Source: Bacillota bacterium (GTDB lineage: Bacteria; Bacillota; Clostridia; Lachnospirales; Lachnospiraceae). From it: DNA of 64,000 bases. Below the pieces are notes generated by a model. That model was not told the DNA's origin. It saw only the letters and a program-made list of their open reading frames with translations, and did no database searches. Positions 40,559 to 49,784 of the stretch are shown here, one piece after another. Position numbers and translations under genes: made by a program. The stretch spans positions 47,434-111,433 of the forward strand of contig JAEZUR010000071.1 of assembly GCA_023420935.1 (NCBI GenBank), given 5' to 3'. How positions within the stretch are numbered: position 1 is the first letter of the stretch; each line of letters opens with the position of its first letter.

Positions 40559-41134
40559 GTGGAAGCATTAATAATTGTTTTAATCAGTTCAGCGCTTGTG
40601 AATAATGTTGTACTTAGTCAATTCCTTGGTTTGTGCCCTTTTATAGGTGTTTCGAAAAGAGTGGAAACTGCAGCGGGAATGGGAGGAGCAGTAATCTTTG
40701 TAATTACAATTGCTTCTGCGTGCACAAGTTTAGTATATGATTACATATTAAAACCATTCCATGTGGAATATTTACAAACTATAGTTTTTATCTTGTTAAT
40801 TGCAGCATTAGTTCAGTTCGTTGAAATGGTATTAAAAAAGAACATGCCAGCTCTATATAGTGCACTAGGAGTGTATTTGCCGTTGATAACAACAAACTGT
40901 GCCGTTCTCGGTGTAGCTATTATCAATGTGAAAAAAGAGTATGGTTTAGTTGCAAGTGTAATTAACGGCCTTGGAACATCAATCGGATTTACGATTGCAA
41001 TTGTTATTATGGCCGGTATACGAGAAAGAATGGAACATAACGATATACCCGTATCTTTCAAAGGCTCTCCAATCGTACTGATTACCGCCGGACTTATGGC
41101 GATTGCCTTTTGCGGATTTGCAGGATTGCTATAG
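40559..41134 (+). CDS. rnfA: Rnf complex subunit A
   Basis: NNVVLSQFLGLCPF and ITTNCAVLG motifs; GTG start. Confidence 0.9.
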   Translation: MEALIIVLISSALVNNVVLSQFLGLCPFIGVSKRVETAAGMGGAVIFVITIASACTSLVYDYILKPFHVEYLQTIVFILLIAALVQFVEMVLKKNMPALYSALGVYLPLITTNCAVLGVAIINVKKEYGLVASVINGLGTSIGFTIAIVIMAGIRERMEHNDIPVSFKGSPIVLITAGLMAIAFCGFAGLL

Positions 41135-41148
41135 AGGAGGATTAGGAA

Positions 41149-41940
41149 ATGAATATAGTAGGAATAATCATTGCCACAGCTATAATTGGTATTACAGGTT
41201 TAGCAATTGGGCTTCTTCTTGGCATAGCGGGAGTGAAATTTAAGGTAGAGGTTGATGAAAAAGAGGAACGTGTACGTGAATTGCTACCAGGAAACAACTG
41301 TGGAGGTTGTGGTTTTGCTGGTTGTGATGCCTTAGCAAAAGCAATCGCTTCTGGAGAAGCACCCGCCAATGCATGTCCTGTTGCTAGTGAATCAGTGAAC
41401 ACGGAGATAGCATCTGTTATGGGTGTAGATGAACAAGAGAGAGTGAAAGAAGTTGCTTATGTGAAGTGCGCTGGAACCTGTGATAAAACGGAAGTGAAAT
41501 ACAATTATTTTGGAATCACCGATTGTAATAAACTTGCTATGGTTCCTGGGCGAGGTGGGAAAAAATGTACATATGGTTGTATGGGCTTTGGCTCTTGTGT
41601 TAATGCATGTCAATTTGATGCAATTCATATTATAGATGGAATTGCAAAAGTAGATAAAGAAAAATGTGTTGCTTGTAAAAAGTGTATCGCACAGTGCCCA
41701 AACCATCTGATTGAGTTGGTTCCATATGATTCTAAGTACCGGGTGACTTGTAGTTCTAAAGATAAAGGTAAGGATGTAAAAGCGGCATGTAAAACAGGAT
41801 GCATTGGCTGTGGTATTTGTGCAAAGGTTTGTGAATCAGATGCGGTTACAGTTGAAAACAATCTAGCTTATATTGATCAGAGCAAATGTATATCATGTGG
41901 TAAATGTGCTGAGAAATGTCCGGCGCATGTGATAGTATAA
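41149..41940 (+). CDS. rnfB: Rnf complex subunit B (polyferredoxin)
   Basis: N-terminal TM segment, the NCGGCGFAGCDA cluster, and several CxxCxxCxxxC(P) motifs. Confidence 0.9.
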   Translation: MNIVGIIIATAIIGITGLAIGLLLGIAGVKFKVEVDEKEERVRELLPGNNCGGCGFAGCDALAKAIASGEAPANACPVASESVNTEIASVMGVDEQERVKEVAYVKCAGTCDKTEVKYNYFGITDCNKLAMVPGRGGKKCTYGCMGFGSCVNACQFDAIHIIDGIAKVDKEKCVACKKCIAQCPNHLIELVPYDSKYRVTCSSKDKGKDVKAACKTGCIGCGICAKVCESDAVTVENNLAYIDQSKCISCGKCAEKCPAHVIV

Positions 41941-41946
41941 AGAAAA

Positions 41947-41988
41947 GCGGTATGAAATGTGACAAATCACATCTCATACCGCTTTTTT
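41947..41988 (+). terminator. Intrinsic terminator after rnfB
   Basis: 16-bp stem GCGGTATGAAATGTGA / TCACATCTCATACCGC (one mismatch) followed by T6. Confidence 0.85.
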
Positions 41989-42372
41989 ATTGTTTAAATA
42001 ATAAATCTTGCACAAAAATAATAAAATTGCTCACGAAATGGGTTTCTAAATACATGAGTGATTTACTAAACATAACGAATATTTTAGTAAGTTTTTTTAA
42101 TTAAGTTAGTATTTCAAATAATTACGAAAACTGATTTATTTGGTGAAATATAAAGAAATTGGGCGGATTATGTAGAATTAGTTAATATAGTAAAAGTAAA
42201 TTAAGTAAATTCTAGCTAATAAAAAGTAAATATACGAAAATGGATTTAGAAACGGTTTCGTACAAAAACGAAAATAATAGACAAAAACCTTGATGTTGCG
42301 CATGCTTTCGGTTTTTGCTACGAAATCATTGTGAAAAAGATATAAAAACTTATAAAAAATAAAAAAAAACTA

Positions 42373-42401
42373 TTGATTTCTTGTAAAATGTGCTATATAA
42401 T
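42373..42401 (+). promoter_or_regulatory. Sigma-A type promoter of the LacI / sugar ABC locus
   Basis: TTGATT (42373-42378), 17 nt, TATAAT (42396-42401). Confidence 0.5.
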
Positions 42402-42463
42402 GAAAATACGAAAACGATATAGTGTTTTAAGAAACATAGTAGTAGAGATGGTGGTGGACTTTA

Positions 42464-43477
42464 GTGGCGACAATAAAAGATCTTTCCTTAAAGTGTGGCG
42501 TTTCTGTATCAACAGTTAGCAAAGCTTTAAATGGTTACCAAGATATAAGCGATGCAACACGACAGTTGGTCATCAAAGCAGCCAACGAGATGGGATATTT
42601 TCCGGATGCCAACGCAAGAGCTTTGAAGATGAAGAAGACTTATAATATAGGTGTCTTATATATGGATACATCGAATCAAGGTTTGAAGAATGAGTACTTT
42701 GCACATATTCTTGCAGCATTTAAGGAAAAAGCATCAAAAAGAGGATATGATATAACATTCATTGAACATAATATTGGCAATCGAAGAATGACATACTTAG
42801 AACATTGCAGAAATAGAAATTTTGATGGAGTTTGCATTGCTTGTGCAGAGTTCAATGACCCAGAGATTTTAGAAGTTGTCAATAGTGATTTTCCAGTAAT
42901 AACAATTGATCATGCATTTAATGATGCCATTTCAATCCTATCAGATAATGTTGAAGGTATGAGACAACTGATAGAGTACATAGTAGAACTTGGACATAAA
43001 AAAATAGCTTATATACATGGAACTAGATCTTCTGTAACTCATAATCGTATGGTGAGTTTTAATAATGTGTTAAAAGAGCATGGCATTCCGACTCCTGAAG
43101 AGTATCAGGTAGAAGGAATCTATAGAAGTGTTGAGAAGACAGAAGAATTGACATTGAAGTTATTACAGTTACCGAATAGGCCAACCTGTATTGTTGCACC
43201 TGACGATTATGCAGCACTAGGCGCAATGAATACCATTCGAAGAATGGGACTTAGAATTCCGGAAGACATCTCTGTAGCAGGATACGATGGTATACCAGTA
43301 GCACAAGCACTGGAGCCAAAACTTACAACAGTGAAACAGGATGTTGATAAGATTGGAGCTGAGGCTGCTAAGCAGCTTATTAATCTAATAGAGAGTCCTA
43401 TGACGACCTCGTTAGATAATATATATTTAAAAGTTCAGCTTTTTAAAGGAGGATCCGTGAAAAATCTGAATGTGTAG
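42464..43477 (+). CDS. LacI-family transcriptional regulator
   Basis: HTH region ATIKDLSLKCGVSVSTVSKALNG plus a periplasmic-binding-protein-like sugar domain. GTG start. Confidence 0.9.
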   Translation: MATIKDLSLKCGVSVSTVSKALNGYQDISDATRQLVIKAANEMGYFPDANARALKMKKTYNIGVLYMDTSNQGLKNEYFAHILAAFKEKASKRGYDITFIEHNIGNRRMTYLEHCRNRNFDGVCIACAEFNDPEILEVVNSDFPVITIDHAFNDAISILSDNVEGMRQLIEYIVELGHKKIAYIHGTRSSVTHNRMVSFNNVLKEHGIPTPEEYQVEGIYRSVEKTEELTLKLLQLPNRPTCIVAPDDYAALGAMNTIRRMGLRIPEDISVAGYDGIPVAQALEPKLTTVKQDVDKIGAEAAKQLINLIESPMTTSLDNIYLKVQLFKGGSVKNLNV

Positions 43478-43569
43478 GAAAGGGGAAATTCTTACATAGG
43501 TATTAAGAAAGTAACGATCTGAATTTAAAGTAACACACAACTTATTTAATATTTAAGGAGGAGAACTAA

Positions 43570-44994
43570 ATGAAAAAGTTCAAAAAATCTTTAGCATTAG
43601 GATTAGTGCTAATCATGGCTGTTTCAGCTTTGGGGTGCGGTAAAAAAAATAACGCAGCAAATGCAGAGCCAACAGATGCAGCTACAACAGATGTAGTAGC
43701 AACAGATGACGCAGCAGCAACAGATGACGCAGCAGCAGATGCTTCAGGTGTTTCTTACAAGGGAGACCTTAGCGTAATGCATTTCTCAACTTCAGAAGAA
43801 TCTGAAGGAAACGGTGGATCCGATGGATTCCGTACTACAATCGCTAGCTGGGAAAGCAAACACCCAGATATTAAATTAGGTCAGACAGTTTTAGCTAACG
43901 CTGACTACAAAACACAGATCGCTACTCTTGCAGCAGCAAATGATCTTCCAGACGTATTCTTATTACAAGGTATGGATACAAAAGCATGGGCTGAACAAGG
44001 TATTATCCTTGACATGTCTGATATTGTTGCTAAATCTCCATATGCAGCTCAATATGATAACGGCTTATTCTATCCTTTCCAATCAGAAGGAAAAACTTAT
44101 GGTATTCCTGCTTTAACTGGTGGTACTTGTGCAGTTGTAGTTTATGATTCTGCAAAATGGAAAGAAGCTGGATTTGATAAATTCCCTGAAACTTGGGAAG
44201 ATGTTAAAAAAGCTGATAAATTCTTCAATGACAAAGGAATTGATACTGTAGCTTTCGGTAATGGTGGTAAATGGCAGGCTAACTCTTGCTTCTTATCAAC
44301 TGTTGGTGATAGATTTACAGGTGCAGACTGGACTCATTCTTTAATCGAAAAGAAAGGTGCTAAGTTCACTGATCAACCTTTCGTAGATGCACTTAAATTC
44401 ACTCAAGATATCTTTGCTAGTGGTGTATTCAATGAAGACTTCAATGCTATTACAAATGAAGATGCAAGAGAATACTATATCTCTGGTGATGCAGCATCAT
44501 TCATCGGCGGTAACTGGGATGTATCTTATATCCAAGCTACTTTAAAAGATACTGATATGTATGGAACAACTAAATTTGCTGTAATTCCTCAACCAGAAGG
44601 TGCTACTGGTTCTACTAAGACACACAATATCGGTTTTGGATATGCAGTTGCAATCAATGCTAAATTAGCTGATGATCCAGAAAAATTAGCTGCAGCTGTA
44701 GATTTTGCTTACACTGTAACAGGACCAGAATTTGCTGAATATGTTGCTTCTAACTATGCATTAGCTGGTGTTACTAAAGTTGAAAATGTAGACTTAAGTA
44801 AATTTGATCAATATACACAGGATTTCTACAACTTCTCATATGTTGATAACAAACCATGTGAAATCTATGATTCATTCGTTTCAAGTGCAGTTTGGGATGT
44901 GTTTAATACAGATGTACAGTCAATGTTAAATGGTGATGTTACACCTGAAGATGTTGCTAAAAACGCTCAGAAAGCATATGACGAAAATTATTAA
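43570..44994 (+). CDS. Carbohydrate ABC transporter substrate-binding lipoprotein (family 1)
   Basis: Lipobox ALGCGK and a T/D/A-rich linker; 474 aa; followed by two MalF/MalG-type permeases. Confidence 0.85.
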   Translation: MKKFKKSLALGLVLIMAVSALGCGKKNNAANAEPTDAATTDVVATDDAAATDDAAADASGVSYKGDLSVMHFSTSEESEGNGGSDGFRTTIASWESKHPDIKLGQTVLANADYKTQIATLAAANDLPDVFLLQGMDTKAWAEQGIILDMSDIVAKSPYAAQYDNGLFYPFQSEGKTYGIPALTGGTCAVVVYDSAKWKEAGFDKFPETWEDVKKADKFFNDKGIDTVAFGNGGKWQANSCFLSTVGDRFTGADWTHSLIEKKGAKFTDQPFVDALKFTQDIFASGVFNEDFNAITNEDAREYYISGDAASFIGGNWDVSYIQATLKDTDMYGTTKFAVIPQPEGATGSTKTHNIGFGYAVAINAKLADDPEKLAAAVDFAYTVTGPEFAEYVASNYALAGVTKVENVDLSKFDQYTQDFYNFSYVDNKPCEIYDSFVSSAVWDVFNTDVQSMLNGDVTPEDVAKNAQKAYDENY

Positions 44995-45064
44995 TTAGAA
45001 TTTGTAATAAATCTTAACAAGTAAATATTATAGCATCACAAGAGATTAGGAAGTTTTAACAAAT

Positions 45065-45097
45065 GGCCTTATCTGAGTAATGTACCCAGATAAGGCC
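45065..45097 (+). other. Intercistronic stem-loop between binding-protein and permease genes
   Basis: GGCCTTATCTG / CAGATAAGGCC 11-bp stem with no U-tail. This is typical of differential-stability hairpins in ABC operons. Confidence 0.5.
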
Positions 45098-45118
45098 CTA
45101 ATAAACAGAAAAGGAGGA

Positions 45119-46024
45119 ATGAAAACATTGTTAAACTCAATTAAACCGAAAAAAAGGGTTATCTTTGCTTATCTTCTCTTACCGGTGGCTCTTTATACTT
45201 TTGCAGTATTCATTCCGTTGTTAACAGCAGGATATTATAGTCTTTTTGAATGGAAAGGCGGACCGAACAAGAAATTTATTGGATTAGAAAATTATGTGAC
45301 TCTTATAAAGGATACAGTATTTTGGGAATCCTTCAGTCATAACATATATTTAGTAATTGCCTGTATCATTGGCCAGATTGGACTTGCGTTTATTATAGTA
45401 TTGATGATTAACTCCCGTTTAGTAAAGTTTAAAGGGATACATCGTACTTTTGGCTTTTTCCCTAGTACAATCTCAGCTGTATACATCGGATTTATTTGGA
45501 AAATGGTTTATGATTATAAGCGAGGAATTTTAAACTGGTTCCTTGAAGTTATGGGAAATACTAACGCATCAAAGGTTTGGCTTAATGACACCAAATTGGT
45601 TATGTTATTAATCGCTATTCCGTTGATATGGCAGTTTATTGGTTATTATATGGTAATTATTATATCAGCAATTTCCTCTGTTGATCAGGAGATATTTGAA
45701 TCTGCTGAAATCGATGGAGCAAATGGAATACAAAGAGCAATTCATATTGTGCTTCCTTTGATTAAGAATACCTTATTAGTTTGTGTTACACTTTGTGTTG
45801 CTGGTAATATGAAAGCATTTGATCATATCTTCGTAATGACAAAAGGTGGCCCTGGTAATTCATCAATGGTTATGGCTCTCTATGGTTATACAGTATCCTT
45901 TAAACAACAAAACATGGGATATGGTAGTGCCATTTCAATCGGTATCTTCGTTCTAAGTTTAATCGTTATTGGCGGAGCTCAAGTACTAGTTAGTAAGTTA
46001 ACTAAAGAAAAGGGAGGGGAATAA
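45119..46024 (+). CDS. Sugar ABC transporter permease (MalF-like)
   Basis: Six TM segments and an EAA-type loop (ESAEIDGANGIQRAIHIVLP). ATG 45119 follows AAAGGAGG; the track start 45080 lies inside the hairpin loop. Confidence 0.85.
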   Translation: MKTLLNSIKPKKRVIFAYLLLPVALYTFAVFIPLLTAGYYSLFEWKGGPNKKFIGLENYVTLIKDTVFWESFSHNIYLVIACIIGQIGLAFIIVLMINSRLVKFKGIHRTFGFFPSTISAVYIGFIWKMVYDYKRGILNWFLEVMGNTNASKVWLNDTKLVMLLIAIPLIWQFIGYYMVIIISAISSVDQEIFESAEIDGANGIQRAIHIVLPLIKNTLLVCVTLCVAGNMKAFDHIFVMTKGGPGNSSMVMALYGYTVSFKQQNMGYGSAISIGIFVLSLIVIGGAQVLVSKLTKEKGGE

Positions 46025-46027
46025 ATT

Positions 46028-46903
46028 ATGGATAACAAGAAAACTCCTTCTAGTAATAACATGGGACTAAAAATTAAAACACGATCATTATCTTTGTTTC
46101 TAAATTTTGTATTAATAATTTTTTCAGCATCCTGTATTTTTCCATTAGTTTGGTTATTCTATTCTTCATTGAAAGAAAAGAGAGTATTTAATGCAGATAT
46201 TATTGGATTACCTACAGCACCTACTATTGCAAATTATACTAAAATTCTTACAAACAAAGATTATCATATATTTGAATCACTAATTAACAGTTTTAGAACA
46301 ACTATTATTTCAGTTGGATTAATCATTATTTTTGGATTTATTGTTGGATATATTTTAGCACGTATTAAGTTCAAAGGTAATCGTCTTCTATATGTAGCTT
46401 TTCTTATGGGATTATTAATACCAATTCACTCATTATTGGTACCAATATATGTAGTATTTAATAATACTGGTATGGGAAATAAATGGTTTACTTTAATGAT
46501 TCCATATATAGCATTTGGTCTTCCGATTGCAATCTTCTTAGTTGAAGGTTACGTTAAAGCAATACCAGTTGCGCTTGAGGAAGCGGCAGCCATTGATGGT
46601 AGTAGCTTTAGCCGTACTCTATTTACAGTAATATTACCTATCTGTAAACCTATTTTAACAACAGCAGGTATTATTCAAACTTTCGCATGTTGGAATGAAT
46701 TCTCCTTCGCGTTAGTATTAATCAAAGATTCTAGACTTTTTACTGTACCATTGGCTATGACTCAGTTTACCGGTCAGTTTGCATCTGATTATCCAAAGAT
46801 TATGGCGGCTATGTTAATTACAATGTCACCAATTATCGTTTTCTATTTTGGTTTCAGTAAGCAAATTATTAAAGGTATGGTTGCAGGAGCTGTTAAAGGC
46901 TAA
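46028..46903 (+). CDS. Sugar ABC transporter permease (MalG-like)
   Basis: EAA loop EEAAAIDGSSFSRTLFTVILP. Confidence 0.85.
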   Translation: MDNKKTPSSNNMGLKIKTRSLSLFLNFVLIIFSASCIFPLVWLFYSSLKEKRVFNADIIGLPTAPTIANYTKILTNKDYHIFESLINSFRTTIISVGLIIIFGFIVGYILARIKFKGNRLLYVAFLMGLLIPIHSLLVPIYVVFNNTGMGNKWFTLMIPYIAFGLPIAIFLVEGYVKAIPVALEEAAAIDGSSFSRTLFTVILPICKPILTTAGIIQTFACWNEFSFALVLIKDSRLFTVPLAMTQFTGQFASDYPKIMAAMLITMSPIIVFYFGFSKQIIKGMVAGAVKG

Positions 46904-46934
46904 AGTAATCTCTAATTAAAAATGACCTCATAAG

Positions 46935-46978
46935 CGTATTTCTTTCTTGGGAATCCATTGGAAAGAAATACGTTTTTT
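46935..46978 (+). terminator. Intrinsic terminator after the sugar ABC operon
   Basis: CGTATTTCTTTC / GAAAGAAATACG stem followed by T6. Confidence 0.8.
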
Positions 46979-47105
46979 ATGTTTAGTTATATCTGGATTT
47001 AGCTTGAGAGCAGAATATTGTTGAAAAAATGCGTAAAATGAGTTAGCATATAAGTATATATTTCAGTGCAGAGATGTATTTTACTTGTGAGAAAGGAATA
47101 AAATC

Positions 47106-48200
47106 ATGAGATTGGTTTCGATTAATATGTTGACCGAGGATATGGTTTTAGCTTCCTCAATATACTATAATGACAGTATGCTGCTAAGGGTGGGACAACA
47201 AAATATTTTAAAATATAAAGATAATCTTTTACGATTAGGAATTACGTATGTCTATGTAGAAGATGAAAAAAGCGAAGGGATTATTATTCCAGATGCTATC
47301 ACAGAACAGACTAGAATATCTTGTAAGAAAATTGTGCGGGATACGATGATTGAGTTTGCGCAAAAAAGTACAGTCAGCCTGGATGGTTTATCAGAAGCGG
47401 TGGAAAGTATCATTAGTGATATATTATATAATGAAGATATTCAAGTAAGCATGAATGATATTTCAGCCACGGATGAATATACATTTTCACATTCAGTTAG
47501 TACAACAGTGTATTCGCTGCTAATTGGAAAGGAACTAGGCTATAGTCGTTCTAAATTAGAAAAATTAGCTGCCGGGACACTTTTACATGATATGGGTAAG
47601 GTATTTCTTGATAAGGACATTGTTTTTAAATCAGAAGAGTTAACCCCTGAAGAATTTGAACATGTGAAGCAACATACAACGTTCGGGTACCATTCCCTTA
47701 AGAAATGCAATTCCATTACAGAGCTATCCCGGATTATCTCACTTTTTCATCATGAGAGAATGGATGGGTCTGGGTACCCAAGAGGCGTACCTGCAAAAAA
47801 TCTTCATGAGTTTGCTAGAGTGGTTGCGATAGCTGATGTTTATGATGCACTTACTTCCGATCGCTGCTATCGCAAGAAGTGGACGAATAACAAAGCGGTG
47901 GAATATTTGATTCGAAGTTCACAAACAAAATTTGATGTTGATTTAGTTTCGTTGTTTATCAAAAAGATAGCAATTTATCCGAATGGATCAATGGTGCTAT
48001 TGTCTAATGGTATGTTGGGTATTATTAAAGCACAAAATCGTGGAGTTCCACTTCGCCCAATTGTACGAGTTGTTGCCAACAGAGAAGGTAGAGATGTTAA
48101 AATGTACGAAGTTGATTTAATGAAGGAATTATCAATCACTATTTTAGAGTCTGAGATAGAGATTCAAAATGGTAAACCTAATTTTGAGACAGATAAGTAA
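47106..48200 (+). CDS. HD-GYP domain protein (probable c-di-GMP phosphodiesterase)
   Basis: HDMGK and HHERMDGSGYPRG motifs. Confidence 0.85.
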   Translation: MRLVSINMLTEDMVLASSIYYNDSMLLRVGQQNILKYKDNLLRLGITYVYVEDEKSEGIIIPDAITEQTRISCKKIVRDTMIEFAQKSTVSLDGLSEAVESIISDILYNEDIQVSMNDISATDEYTFSHSVSTTVYSLLIGKELGYSRSKLEKLAAGTLLHDMGKVFLDKDIVFKSEELTPEEFEHVKQHTTFGYHSLKKCNSITELSRIISLFHHERMDGSGYPRGVPAKNLHEFARVVAIADVYDALTSDRCYRKKWTNNKAVEYLIRSSQTKFDVDLVSLFIKKIAIYPNGSMVLLSNGMLGIIKAQNRGVPLRPIVRVVANREGRDVKMYEVDLMKELSITILESEIEIQNGKPNFETDK

Positions 48201-48223
48201 AAAGCACGCGGATAGGAGCCTAT

Positions 48224-49780
48224 ATGTATAAGATTATAATGGCTGAGAACCAGCAGCATAGCATTGAAGTGGTAGAAAAAGCGGTAGAGTGTGCAAGAAA
48301 GAAAGTTCAACTGATAGAAGTTGTTAATTCAGGGGCAGAGTTAATTTCATTGGTACAAGATTTAAGACCAGAGATAGTCTTAATCAATGTTGATCTTATA
48401 GGTATCAATGGACTTGAAGCTGCAAAAAGGATACGCAATTTTGATAAAGAAGTACATTTAATTTTATTTTCGGAGTATGATTATTTTGATTTTGTGAAAG
48501 AAGCAATCAATGCGAGGGTGGATGAATATATATTAAAACCACTTCATTTTGAAAGCTTGAGTAGTAGCTTAGATAAAATTATTTCTTTGATTGATGAAGA
48601 AAAAGAAATAAAGGTTAAGACAGATAAGGTTCAAAATCAGTTAGGAGAAGTTGTGGAGTTTTTAGACTATAGTTTTATCTATAGTATATTATTTTATGGA
48701 CTTAATGAAACACAACTAAAAAAATATAAAGAATTATTCGCATATGAGGATTGCGGATATATTCTTAATGTTGAATTAAATTCAGGCTGGGAAATCAGTG
48801 GCGTACAAGAATCGGAAATCTATAAATTTATTAAACTTATAATGGATAATAAGTTTGTTGGTGCAATCGGACCAATGATATTAAAGCGTATTATTATATT
48901 TATATCAAGTAAAGAAAACGAAGATAGTAATAGACCATACGAATTGGCTTCAGAAATAGGTGAACAACTAAAACATTATCTAAAAAATGAGGTTATGATT
49001 GGTATTGGGTCAATTAAGAAATTAGATGAGATACATGTTTCCTATGAAGAGGCATTGAGAAGTTTACGATATAAAGGTAAATCCAATATTGTTCATATTA
49101 AAGATATTAAAAAGAAGAATAGTGAACATAAAAGCTATTATGAACTAGAAAGTAAATTAATTGAAAATGTAAGACTTGGAAAAGAAGAAGCAGTAATTTA
49201 TTTTTATCAGATCATGGAAATAGTTCGTCCACTTCGATGTGAAGAAAAAATTAATAAATTAATCGAATTATTTATCTTGTTAACTCATGAAGCTAGAATA
49301 GAAGCACGTGGAGAAAATGAATTTATAGATTATATTCATTATATGGAAGAAATAAAAGATCTCTCTTGGGATGAAATCGAGGGATGGGCTCATGAAAAGC
49401 TGGAGTATATTATAAAAGTGATTCGGACCAAAAGAAACAGCAAAAAATCAAATGCAATTAAAGAAGCAATTGAATATATGCAGGAACATTATCAAGAAGA
49501 GATCTCTCTTGATGATCTTTCTCAATTCATTGGTATTAGTCCACAGCACCTTAGCAAGCTATTTAAGGAAGAGACAGGTATTAATTATGTGGAATGGTTA
49601 ACTAATTTACGTATTGACATGGCAAAGCAGTTACTGACTGAAGGAAATCAAACAGTAAAAGAAATCTGTTATCTGGTAGGATATCATGATCCTAACTATT
49701 TTAGCAGAATATTTAAGAAGATCGTTGGCATTTCGCCTACCGATTATGTCTCGATAGATGATAAAGCGGATAAAAATTAA
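48224..49780 (+). CDS. YesN-like response regulator (degenerate receiver + AraC-type HTH)
   Basis: The C-terminal AraC HTH is present (LSQFIGISPQHLSKLFK ... GYHDPNYFSRIFKK). The N-terminal REC fold has EN in place of the DD pair and N55 at the phospho-acceptor position, while S and K are retained. Confidence 0.85.
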   Translation: MYKIIMAENQQHSIEVVEKAVECARKKVQLIEVVNSGAELISLVQDLRPEIVLINVDLIGINGLEAAKRIRNFDKEVHLILFSEYDYFDFVKEAINARVDEYILKPLHFESLSSSLDKIISLIDEEKEIKVKTDKVQNQLGEVVEFLDYSFIYSILFYGLNETQLKKYKELFAYEDCGYILNVELNSGWEISGVQESEIYKFIKLIMDNKFVGAIGPMILKRIIIFISSKENEDSNRPYELASEIGEQLKHYLKNEVMIGIGSIKKLDEIHVSYEEALRSLRYKGKSNIVHIKDIKKKNSEHKSYYELESKLIENVRLGKEEAVIYFYQIMEIVRPLRCEEKINKLIELFILLTHEARIEARGENEFIDYIHYMEEIKDLSWDEIEGWAHEKLEYIIKVIRTKRNSKKSNAIKEAIEYMQEHYQEEISLDDLSQFIGISPQHLSKLFKEETGINYVEWLTNLRIDMAKQLLTEGNQTVKEICYLVGYHDPNYFSRIFKKIVGISPTDYVSIDDKADKN

Positions 49781-49784
49781 TTGG

